NCBI RefSeq assembly: GCF_963676685.1
Contig: NC_092354.1
Span: forward strand, 68,014,001-68,078,000
DNA length: 64,000 nucleotides
Direction of reading: 5' to 3'
DNA from: Mytilus edulis
Lineage: Eukaryota
Part shown: positions 37,090-49,100 of the stretch, one piece after another
How the letters are laid out: the number at the start of each line of letters is the position of its first letter
Position numbering within the stretch: the first letter of the stretch is position 1
Position numbers and translations under genes: made by a program
The notes under the pieces: generated by a model
The model's input: the letters and a program-made list of their open reading frames with translations, nothing else
Databases searched by the model: none
Told to the model about the DNA's origin: nothing

Positions 37090-37770
37090 TTTGATGCATA
37101 GTTGAAGAGCATAAGTGACCCAAAATTCCCCAAAATTGTGCCAAATACGGCCAAGGTTATCTATTCCTGGGATAAAAAAATCCTAAGTATTTCGAATAAT
37201 TCATGATTTTGCAATCAGTAATTTTGAATGTAAAAAATACCGTTTAATTGATATTCATGTCAACAACGAAGTACGGACTACCGGGCTGGTGATATCATCG
37301 GGAATACACACGTCTACCAGTAGTGGCATCGACCCAGTGGTGTTAATAGTTATCAAAGATACAAGGCTTATAATTTAATACCCTAAACTTACGTTTCGTT
37401 TATATAAGACTCTTCAATGACGCTCAGATCAAAAAAGTTGAAGACAATTGATGACTCAAAATTCCAAAAAATTGTGCCAAACACTGCTAAGGCTATCTTT
37501 TCCTTGGATAAGAAAATCCTTAGTATTTCAAATAATTTATACTTTTGCAAACAGTAGATTTATAAAAATGACTATTTAATTGATATTCATGTCAACACCA
37601 AAGTACTGGGCTGGTGATAACCTAGGGGACGAAACGTCCACCAGCAGTGGCATTTAACCTGTCGTGTAAATAGTTATCAAAAGTACCAGGATTATAATTT
37701 AATCCGCCATACTTGCGTTTCGTCTACATAAGACTCATCAGTGACGCTCAGATTTAAAAAGTTAGAAAGC
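37090..37770 (-). mobile_element. Tandem dimer (unit of about 336 bp) of a hammerhead-containing repeat, non-LTR retrozyme-like
   Basis: Equivalent positions in the two units are 37121 and 37457. The minus-strand HHR GCGTCA CTGATGA GTCT-TATGT-AGAC GAAA CGCAAGTA TGGCG lies at about 37704-37748. The copy at about 37385-37425 is degenerate. Confidence 0.75.
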
Positions 37771-38265
37771 TCAACAATAGTTTTATCGATGTTCATGTAT
37801 AATATCTATTTAACGAGAAGACCTCATTTTGTGTGTCGCGTCCTATTCATCCCACAATAAACTGATCATCATGCATCTGTGTCTTATAGGTACCATACAT
37901 AGTCGCATTTGTCATCCATTCTTATGACTATTCAGTTTGGGTTATTTTGGGAGAAAAACGAAATCAAAAGCGTCCGGATATTAATTCCGTCATCAGACCA
38001 ACTTTCATGTCAGACATAACTACCGGTTTTAACATTGAGAACCAATGGTATGAAAGATAACAAAAATGAAAAATAAATAAGCCAATCAGAGTGTTGTCCA
38101 TATCGTGGTATTTAGATAGTAAGAATCACTACTATTATACCTCGGTTTTAACGTACACATAATTTTCATAAGTACTCGGACGTGGACAGGACAAATATTT
38201 TTGCGTTAATCTGCATGTACTCTATATACTATGATTAATATACTACTATAACATATATATAGACA

Positions 38266-39012
38266 CTCTATGTAATATAGCAGTGATCGCCATGGAGAAG
38301 AAACTTAGAATTAATAGTTAATAGAAAATTAAATACACTTACATATTTAATAGTTACGTATGTTCATAGCAGAGACATTGAATGTATCATATGTCTCTGT
38401 TCATAGTACAGAAACGCGAAAATAATGGAATATAACAGAAAAACAAATGATAACGGACTTTGAAAAAAAGAGAGAGTGCTTTAAAATATTGTCCTGTCTC
38501 CATGTACCTATATGACTTTTGATATCATTTCTTAAATTCTCCAGACATAAAATCTTTTACAAAAATTCGTTCTAAAAGAGATAACATACTTTCAACCAAG
38601 CTTAAAATGCCCGCGATTTCGTTCTTAAGTCAAACAGGACTCCCGGTTTTAAACGTGCACATAAATTTCAAAAGAGTGATCGGGAATAGCACAATAATTA
38701 TCGGGTTGCTAGAGACTCTCTCTATAATATAGCAGTGATCGCCTATAAGAAGAAACTTGAAATTGATAGTTAATAGCAAATACACTTTATTTATAGGATA
38801 CGTATGTTCATTGTAAACAGAAACGCGCAAATAATGAACAGAAAAAAAATAATAACGGACTTTGGAAACAAGGGAGAGGGCCGAAACTGTTTCCAAGTAC
38901 CTTTGAATTTTGATAACTTTTTACTGAAATTCTCCAGACACAAAATCTTTTATAAAATCTCTCCCTACAACAGTGTACATACTTTCAACCAAGCTCTAAA
39001 TTCCCGCGATTT
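38266..39012. repeat. Diverged direct duplication with a period of about 450 bp
   Basis: TAATATAGCAGTGATCGCC...AAATTCTCCAGACA...ACTTTCAACCAAGCT...CCCGCGATTTCG occurs at about 38273-38621 and about 38726-39013. Confidence 0.8.
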
Positions 39013-41420
39013 CGCTGGTGTGTTCCAGTATCTCATAAATTAAGTAGACACATTAAGGTAATGCAAACTATAGAAATCGTCTAAGTTGCTATGGTTGCTT
39101 ATCCGAATGAAGGGTTTATTAAATAACGTTAAAAACGGAAGGATACTGACAGCTGAACAAAACCAGACTTCCAAGTAATAAAATTAAAAAAACATTCTGA
39201 AATCTGGGGTAGAGAAACATGAACTTTACTTCGGGATGAATAATGGTATTTTGCATTAAAACAGTGCGGATAACTACGAGCACACTTCCGGTAATTTTTC
39301 ATATACGCTATTTCAATATAACATATTATTATACAAGAAGATATGGTATGATTGTCAATGAGACAGCTCTCCATCCAAGTCACAATTTGAATAGTAAACT
39401 ATTATAGATCAAAGTAAGGTCTTCAACACAGAGTCTTGGCTTACAACGAACAGCAAGCTTTAAAGGGGTCCAAAAATGAATAGTGTCAAACTATTCAAAC
39501 GAGAAACCAATGGTCTAATCTATATAAAAAACGAGACACTACAAACATTTACGAACCTCACCAACAAACGACAACAAGACTATTTAAATGGAAATCCCTC
39601 TAATTGCCGACATATAGTATGATAAATCAATTAACGCAGAACAATATTCTTCGCGATTGTTTTTCTGGTACAGATTGATACTAACTTCAAACTGATTTGA
39701 TACTTTCCCTGTTTAATATTGTTCCAGATATATCTAACAGGAAATCGGCAATTGGTGTTATGCATTGTTTATCTTGATTGTAGTATAACAACTAAATTTC
39801 AAAGTTGCGGCATATATACATTGTGAGTTTTTTGTATGAATACAAAAAATGACGAGGTGCAGTCTGCTTGTTAACTACTTAACAAACCATATTACGTCTA
39901 CCTGTCAACAAATAAAAAATTACAGTGACTTTTAAAAGTTGTGTATAAAACATGCTCATTTTTCGTGTCTTCATGAGTACTCTTCTTTTAAACACATATT
40001 TGGAAAAAAGCCACCCGTAGACAATCATTCATGCTTTCAAAATATAAAAAAAGAGGTATTCGAGACTATTTTGACATTCGGACCAAATACACTGACAATG
40101 ACTCGGCTAAAAAAGAAAAAGGCCAGCAACTAATATTACACAACACAGATTATTGAATACTGAAGACTGAGCAACAAGGACTCAACAAAAACTTGGAGTA
40201 ATCTCAGATGTTCCGGCAAGGTAAGCAGATCATGCTCCACATGCGGGACCAGTCATGTTGCTCGTGCAGGAACACATACTGTAATACGACTAATAAAGTA
40301 CGTCACAGTAGGGGAAACGGGGGCGGGATTGTTGTTAAGACATTTGGAAAATATCCGCTGTCTTATATGAGATGAATGAATAGTCCATAACAGTCAAACA
40401 ACTCATGTAATTTCAACTTCACCACTTCAGACTCTTGGTTCTATACCTTCCTTGTGTGCAGCAACTATCAAATCAACTAGATGATATACCGGGTATACTC
40501 CGTATGCAGGCTTTACTGAAATGTCGCTACAAAGAAATGGAAAGTTCAGAACTCATCTCTTTTGTCGTTAAGTTTTGTTTTCAGTGGACCCTCATTGTGA
40601 ATTTCTAGATGTAAGTCAAGATATAAGACAGACTTCACTTTACAGACTAGCTATGAAACCAGGCTTAATCTTCAATTTTCTACTTGAGAAAATGTCTACA
40701 CCAAATCAGGTATATGACAGTTGTTTTCCGTTCGTTTTGTGTATATGAGCTTTTGATTTTGCCATTTGATTAAAACATTCCGTTTTAAATTTAACTCGGG
40801 AGTTTTTTTTTAGTATTTTTGTGATTATACTTTTTTTTTTACATGTAGCATCTTGATAATGTCAGTTCCAGAGGATTCTTTGTTTGAATCAGAGTGGTTT
40901 TTTTTTTACAATGAATGATTTATCGCTTGTTTAGAACAGAAACTTGTATCTGCGTTTGGCGTCTTTTTTTTTTTTTTTTTTTTTTTAAAGCACAACCAAC
41001 TCTTTTAATTTGTCCTTTAGTTTAGAATGGGGGATATATGTGTAAAGTTTGCAAACTATTTTTTTGTATCCACACCTCTAGAATACGTAGTTTTACAATG
41101 AATTTGAAGCCCGGCTTACTTTGATAAGTGATCACATTGATGTTAATAATTCAATATTGTTAAAGGTTGAACACATTGAGGGCCTGTACTACTATGTTGT
41201 TTACACTGAAGCTATCTTCTAGAATTGAGGCTTTCTATTAAATTGGCGTGTTACGGTGACCTTTCTGTGTTTCTATTCGCTTATCGTAAATTTAAATATT
41301 GATAATGATTGAAATTTGTTTAATCAAATAATATTTTTTAATTCGTCATACATATTCTTATTAAGATCTTATGAAGTCTTTCTCTGTTGATCTCATTATA
41401 CTTGTGAATTTCCGAATGTT

Positions 41421-42106
41421 TTATAAAACTGTTTCGTATGGGTCTTCATTTTCATCTCCAACACTTGTACTAGATAATTCATTACCAAAATTGTTACAGA
41501 GTTGGCTATTAAGATCGGGAATTGAATCGTCATCAGTCTCCGAATGACTCTGATTAGAGCTTCGGACCTTTTCTATGCTTGGTAAGTCAGCTGACGATAT
41601 CCCTGAAGCACCCGTATTACAAATGTGCGTATCATTCGAAGGAACATACGTCAGTGCGCTTTGTACGTCTGTTGCCTCAGCTGTCGATATTCCTGAAACA
41701 ATCATATTAGAAATTTTCGTTTCCTTCGATGGAACACACTTTAATTCACTTTGAACGTCTGTTACCTCAAGCTGTGGTAGCGTACAATCGGAAAGATTAT
41801 TTTCACTGGATACAATAACTAACTGTTGATTATCGACAGTTGAGATACTAGATTCACGAAGGTGTGTATGTCTACCGTTTTCATTTTCGGTGTTGTTGAA
41901 TGACTGCGACTCGTTAACTGAACCAATGTCGTCATAAGTAAGATAATGCTGGTTTTCAGGCACAAAAGTATGTTCCCGGGCTTTTTTTTTCTCATGTCTT
42001 ACACAGATACAAATTTGAACGATTGTGGTATAAACAAAAATAACCGAAGCTAGACTGCTAAGTATCCAAACATATGTCATCTTTTTCTCACTCCATTGAA
42101 GATTTT
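41421..42106 (-). CDS. Ig receptor copy B, TM plus cytoplasmic exon (truncated by a premature stop)
   Basis: TTGCAG acceptor. TM YVWILSSLASVIFVYTTIVQICICV. Motifs LTYDDI and PYETVL*. Confidence 0.75.
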
Positions 42107-43107
42107 CTGCAATAGTAATTAAAGTAATTTTATATAACTGTTATATTTATCACGTCTGCAGTATCCTCAACGGTACAGTATTTCTGCATCACAGTTTCCC
42201 TATGACCGTTGAAAGCAGTACACCTACATGTAGAAAATTCAAATTTCCCAATCTTGAATGAACTGGTAAAAAATAAAAAAAATAAAAAAAACCCCAAACC
42301 TATGGAAATAATTAATCTGAGAAAAAGATAACATGCATTTCGCTTTATTTCTATCCTATTATTTAGCATGAGCCCAAACATTTCGTTATGGCGTACTAAA
42401 TTATAATCCTGGTACCTTTGATAACTACTTTAACTTTGTATCCATGCGACTGTAATACAACTTAGATGTTTCGCTAGGTATAAAACCAGGTTCAATCCGC
42501 CATTGTCTACATAATGGAGTGCATGTAGCAAGTCAGGAATATGACAGTTGGTATCCATTCCTTTGATGTGTTTAAGGTTTTGCCATTTGATTATAGACTT
42601 TCCGTTTTGAATTTTCCTCTGAATTCAGTATTTTCATGATTTTACTATTTTGTTTAATTGCTACTTGCTAATTAGGGCTCTGCTTGGAGTTGTAGAGCAA
42701 TAATATCAGCACTATTTCTTAACCGTTTGTGTTAAGGAGCCCCCTCTGAAGAAAAAAAGACAAATGATAATCTAAATCATAATATACAGAAAATGCACTT
42801 TGAGTAACATAAAAGTCTACTGAAATATTAATATATACTTGAGTGATTTTGACTGAAGAATATTCATATCGAATGCCACTGACGAATTTTTAGAAGACGA
42901 GACTCCTCATTGCATTCGGAAGATTTCATCAACCTGGCATATTTAGTAAGACAGACACTAGATCAATGCCACTTTAGTAAAATATTTGTCTTCATTAGAA
43001 ATAATGACCAAGTGCCAGCACATTTTGCTTGCATGATAAGTCATTTATACGATCATTGTCTGTTTTTTTTTATAATATGTTAATAATTTGAAACTTGTAT
43101 TTATCTA

Positions 43108-46100
43108 CAGACCTTCTAAAATTCAAACTGACCATTATTCCGTGCGTTCATCGTGTATCGTGCGTGTTGCGTGCGTGCATCGTGCGTGTATCGTGCGTGT
43201 ACCAATCGTGCGTTCATCATTCATCGTTCCGTGTATTTTCCGTGTAACGTGCGTGCATCGTGTATTCTTAATCGTGCATCGTGCGTGTATCGTGCGCTCA
43301 TCAATCATTCATTCTCAACCGTGTATCGTGCGTTCATCAATCATTCATTCTTAACCGTGTATCGTGCGTTCGTCAATCGTGTATAATTGTGTATATCAGA
43401 TAAAATGTCCATTTGTCAAACGTTCATCTCTAATTGTGTAACGTTCATACATTGCGGTTATTATTATGATAGTCGGTTATAGAGCTCACCAAAGCTTATA
43501 TTTTTTTCTCGCGGTTAAAGTATATATATTTGTTCCGACTTTAAATAAAACTTACAAATATTATACATTTTAATGAACATTTTAACCTATCATTATCAGA
43601 TGGCGAAAGTTTTATATTTTTATTTAATAACGGCAATGTTGCTGGTTTAGTCGCCAAAACACAAACAATATTTTATTTAAAAGAAACTATACAAATCCTT
43701 GGTTGAACTATGCTAGATTATAATTCTTCGCTTATTTGGCCAATTCATATGCTACTAAGATATTTTCAAAGGAATTCCAAGTTAATAAGTAAGAATTTCA
43801 AGAAAACAAGTACACATTTTTTGACAATAAGTATACTTAATTTGTACCATATACGCTTCCATATTTAAGTTTTGATAAATATCATTATAAATATTTTGTC
43901 TTAGTTTCTGATGGTCACATGCATGTAATGTTATTCCATTGAGAAAATACAATGTACAAGATTGTCGGAAAATGTGGTCTGATTGCGGATTAAAATGTTA
44001 AATGTCAAACTTGAATTAACAAATTAAACTGAGGTGAATTAACACGAATATGTATATCCTCTTCAAAAGTGTCTGAATTCTCTGTTCTGAATTTCATTTA
44101 AACTAAGCTAAATATGTTTTGTGGAAAATTGAATAAAAATAAACATTATATGAAGGCATTATTTAATTTTTAATTAAACAAATATAGGATCAGGCAAGTA
44201 TATCATGTATCATCATATTCCTTAAGAAAGATTTTAAATTGAGGAACTTTTAAAACTTGAAATTGAATTTACAAGTTAAGATATAATCTTGGTTTTTTTT
44301 TATAAAACAGTTTAAAATATGGTATTATTATAACAAGTCTTCATTTGAATGGAATAAACATGGAACACTTTCACGGATTCATTTTTCTTTGTGTTCATGG
44401 TTGCCTATCAATGACACCGTTTTTAATGTACATTGTATGTCTAAAAGATTATTATCCGAAAAAATAATTCACAATAGTATGTTGTTAGCTAGGTTGGTCC
44501 CCTCCGTAAAACATTCAGTATGCCTTCGGAATATACAAATATTAAGGTATTGTCAAGAATTTCAATAACGGCCGGGAAACAGACGTCTAAACACTGCTAA
44601 GAAGTCCTTAGTGCACTAAGGCCTTGACTATGCTACTAAGGACTAGAAGGAGTGCTGTTATATGTATTATTTTGATATATCATGTTAGAGAATGATATTT
44701 AATGCATAAATTTAAATTTTACAGAAAAATATTCGTAAATAAACGAAATATTCAACATTATTTAGACACGTGCCGGTTTTTCTTTGATATGCCGAAAATC
44801 AATGAACCGATTGAAACGTGCCAATTAACATAGCAACTGATTAAACAATCACGATCTTTTTATTTTAAGTAATTTAAAACAATTGTATCGAACAATCACG
44901 ATCTTTTTATTTTAAGTAATTTAAAACAATTGTATCGAAAATATTTATGCTTCAAATATTTATAATTAAATGTGTTGTTCTTTCTTAAAATAATAAAAAG
45001 GACAAATAATTTTGCTGTTGTTTTATTTTTTTCCCAACAAAATTGTTTGCCATATGAGCACGACTTTGATGTGCGCTAACTTATAAGTAAGAGTGTGGTC
45101 AGCTTGTTAAAATGTTTATGTAAGATATACGAACTTCAAGACAAAAGGAATATATATATATTTATAAGTGTTTTGTTTTTATTTTAATTCCGACAAAGAT
45201 GCGTGCATATTCTGTACAAATGGTTTCAATAAAAACCGTAAATTCCGAAAACCATCATAAGAAACAACTATGTTAAGTGTCATGAAATGAATAAGCGGTT
45301 CTCAAGTTACAGCGCGACGTGTGAAAGCCCGGCGGACGGACGTACGCCGTACATTTGTATACTATAATACATCCCGTCAAAATGTTGACGGGCGTATATT
45401 TTTTACGGGCGTATAAAAAAAGCGTATTGCGCCCGTATGTCAGAAGGAAATCTGATTTGTATGTTTTTTGTCGAGTCTTCGACTTTAGTCGAAAAAGCGA
45501 GACTAAGCGATCCTACATTCCCTCGGTTTCGGCGGCGGCGGCGTCTACAAATATTCACTCTGTGCATGGTTAAAGTTTTTGAAATTTTAATAACCGTTTC
45601 TTAAACTATCTTGGATTTCTACCAAACTTGGACAGAAGCTTGTTTATGATCATAAGATAGTATCAAGAAGTTTTTAAACATTTATTAGATTCATAAACTG
45701 TTCTGGGTTTTTACCAAACTTGGTAATAAGTTTCTTCCAATGTAAAGATAGTATCAACAGGAATATTTTATTGATTTATTTCCTAATTTTTGTCGAGCCT
45801 GCGATTAACAGAAAGAATAGGCGAGACACTGGGTTCCGAGGAACCCTTACGAATTTTTTTTAACAAATTGTCTGTTTAACATATTGTATGAGATAATTTA
45901 TGAAATAATGACTGTGGTATGTTCATTACTTACTGTTGAAGGTCGTGTGGTGACCTATGGGGAAAACTTCTGTGTCATTTTATTTCTTGCGATGAGTTGT
46001 CTCATCCCCAATCATACCACATCTTTTTCTTGTTATCAAAACTTCAACACGTACTTTCAAAAACTTAAAGAACGATTGTACGATCGTGTATTACCTCGTA

Positions 46101-49100
46101 ACCGGCATGAACATGTTTAATTGTGGACAAGTATCATTTGCGAATCTGTAAAACACGTATTCAAAATGGCGATTAACTGGAAACCACAAAGTATACCAGA
46201 ATTTGTGAAAACGCTCTACGAACAAGTCAAACTGACGACGGACGACGACGAAGTAATACCATTATACGAACGCAAAATTTGTATGCGGTCTTTTAAATAC
46301 CGACATTAGATATATTGCTCTGTTGACAAATTTATTATTTACATGAAATATTTACAAAATACACTTGAGAAAATAATTCTTCGTTCTGGATTTTTTTAAC
46401 AACTATTCATTTATTTTAAATATTATATAGTATCCAACCTTAATCGATCAACGTTAACAGAACAGATAGGAGGATCCCCGCGTAATCAGACCAGACAGAA
46501 GCTAGCGAACAATAGCTAGCGAACAATAAGCCAGCGAACAACAAACGACAGAACCACCATACAAGCATTTATAGTCAACACAATTAGAAAGAGTTCCCAT
46601 CGTCGGGGAATAAGAAGGCTTCCAAGAATGGAAAAGTAACATGTCTGACTCTGAACAGTTAGTAAACGGACTATCGACATCGACCGCTTGTTCTTGATAT
46701 TTTAAAACTGCATTCATATACGTATACGTTTATGATAGTGATGAGCTTTTGTGTCTGACGAAAACTAAATTCCTGCATGGTTATATCTTGCCATACAGTA
46801 CGTTTATATTGGTTTGGTAGGTGATCACTCAAAATCGTTATTTAAAAATCCTGTTTGTGAGATGTAGATTCACTTCAATACCGAAATTTCAGTTTATAAC
46901 ACGGTGAAGCTTTGAAGGTACATCACTCCCATTTTGTTTGGGTGTAAACCATCGATGTTTACAGCAATATCAGAGATTAAGATGATGATGGTAGAAAGAA
47001 CTATGGGCGTCATGTGGCAAATATTACATGCAGATCGGACCATGAGTTATCAATCTGTAATAAAAGATTTCCAATACAACCATATTGAGAAGGAATGTTT
47101 ACATGCTATACTCTCGTACTAAAGTATGAAGGGGTTCTTGTGTCGTTCACCTTAGACACACATCTTTAACGATATTTAAAGAAAAAAGACAGAACCAATT
47201 TAATGTCATTTTCCCTATTTTTTTATATAACTATAAGTCTTTAATATGGCACGAATACCCCTATTTAGCGGACAAACAGTTTATTCTTTTTTCTGTTATT
47301 GAATACCAAGAAAGAAAATAAATCCCGTGATGACGAATTCCTTCCTTTGTTAGAGAACAATCTTATTGAAATAGAAATCTGTGATTTTACTATGTCCATA
47401 TAACTAAAGTTTGGTGAACCAACTGATGAAAGCAAGTTAAATATCGACCTGTATTTAATTCAAAATGGTTCTCTTTTTCTTCTTTTGGTATACAATAGTC
47501 CATCGATATCCCATGATAGCATACTGTTGTCATGCGATGACTAGTCTCTTTACAAAACTTTTAACCCAAATTAAACAACATGTATTTTACTTTCTTATGT
47601 TCAATCTAAAAAATGCCGGTATATAATTTTAAATTGCAACTATCTATAGTTCCGTAACGTTCTATCCAGGCGAATGGTTGACAAGTGCGTATATTTTTGT
47701 TAAATCTATATTTCTTTTATGTTTCAAACTGTCCTTCACTTTTGACAACGAGACGAGTACTTACATTTTCTCAAATGTACCCTCGGAAAAAAATGTGTAA
47801 ACAGAGTTTTATTTTATCAAATCTTTTTTTTTAAATTATTTAGATTTTTATAAATAATGTTCTTTACACCAGAAATGTTATTTATAAACAAGCGTATGAG
47901 TTTTAGAAAAATTGACCAGTATATATCACTATCAGACACGCAAGACAGAGATGTATATTATACACCCGACAGGAAATCGCTTGAATACCTGGACGTGTCA
48001 CCTCACAATACCTTTGGGAGTAATACCTTTAGCCATGCAGGTGATCGGACAAGGGAAGGTCCGAATTTATTAAAATAAGTTTATTACATAAAAGAATTAT
48101 GAACAAATTAGATTTTCGAAAACAATTTTCACGGAACACTTATTTTTGTTCATTTATGACTTTGAACTATAACTTTTTAACCAATTCCCATATAAACAGT
48201 TAAAAACGACATGCAGACCTTGGTTACTTACAAAAAAAAACCATTTTCCGTATCAAAGTCGGATAATACAACCGTACGATTGACAAGATATCCACTCGCA
48301 ATTACGACTACATTAGGTTCCTGCTTTGGTCTTTTATGGTTCAAAGACATATCGTGGCTAAAAACGGAAAAGATGGTCAAAGATGGTCAAATTGGCGGCA
48401 CACAGAGTATTGATACTCTAATTTTAAAATCGATTATGATCTCTTGTCTAGCAGAATAGATTTAATATCAATGAATTTGAGCATTTTTATACAGAATGGA
48501 CATAATATCAATTTTTGATTTTTTTTGCGGAGTTTCCCTTTAAGCAAATGGTTAAATCTCGAGGAAAAAATGCATCTTTTCCCGATATTTCACAGTTTGA
48601 CGTCGCGCAAAATATAATTTACGGCAGCAATTTCAAATGTGTCAAAAAGAACGAATGCTTCAATTATTAAGTAAGAAAATTTCTGTCAAAAATCATTATA
48701 TAGGAAACTTTTATTAAGGTCATATAATATGTGATAAGACTGATAATAAAATACTTTTTCAATGTCATGCAATAAGGTTTAAATGCAAAAAGTTTTTAGA
48801 AGAAAGAGTTTAATGTCTGCTTTTTAGATTAATTCTGCGAATTGTTTTTGTCTGTAAAAACATCAAACAGAGAGATAAAGAAATAAAATGGAGGATTGAA
48901 ATGGAGAATGTGTCAAAGAGACAACAATCCGACCAAAGAGCAGAAAATGGTGCGTCTAAACACGACTAAGGACTCCTAAGTGCAATAATGAGTTATAATA
49001 TGGTACTAAGGACTGAAAGGGGGGCTGTACAATGTACACATTTCTTATCTAGATAGATATTGATATATAATGCATATATTCAAATTCAATCAATAAAAGA

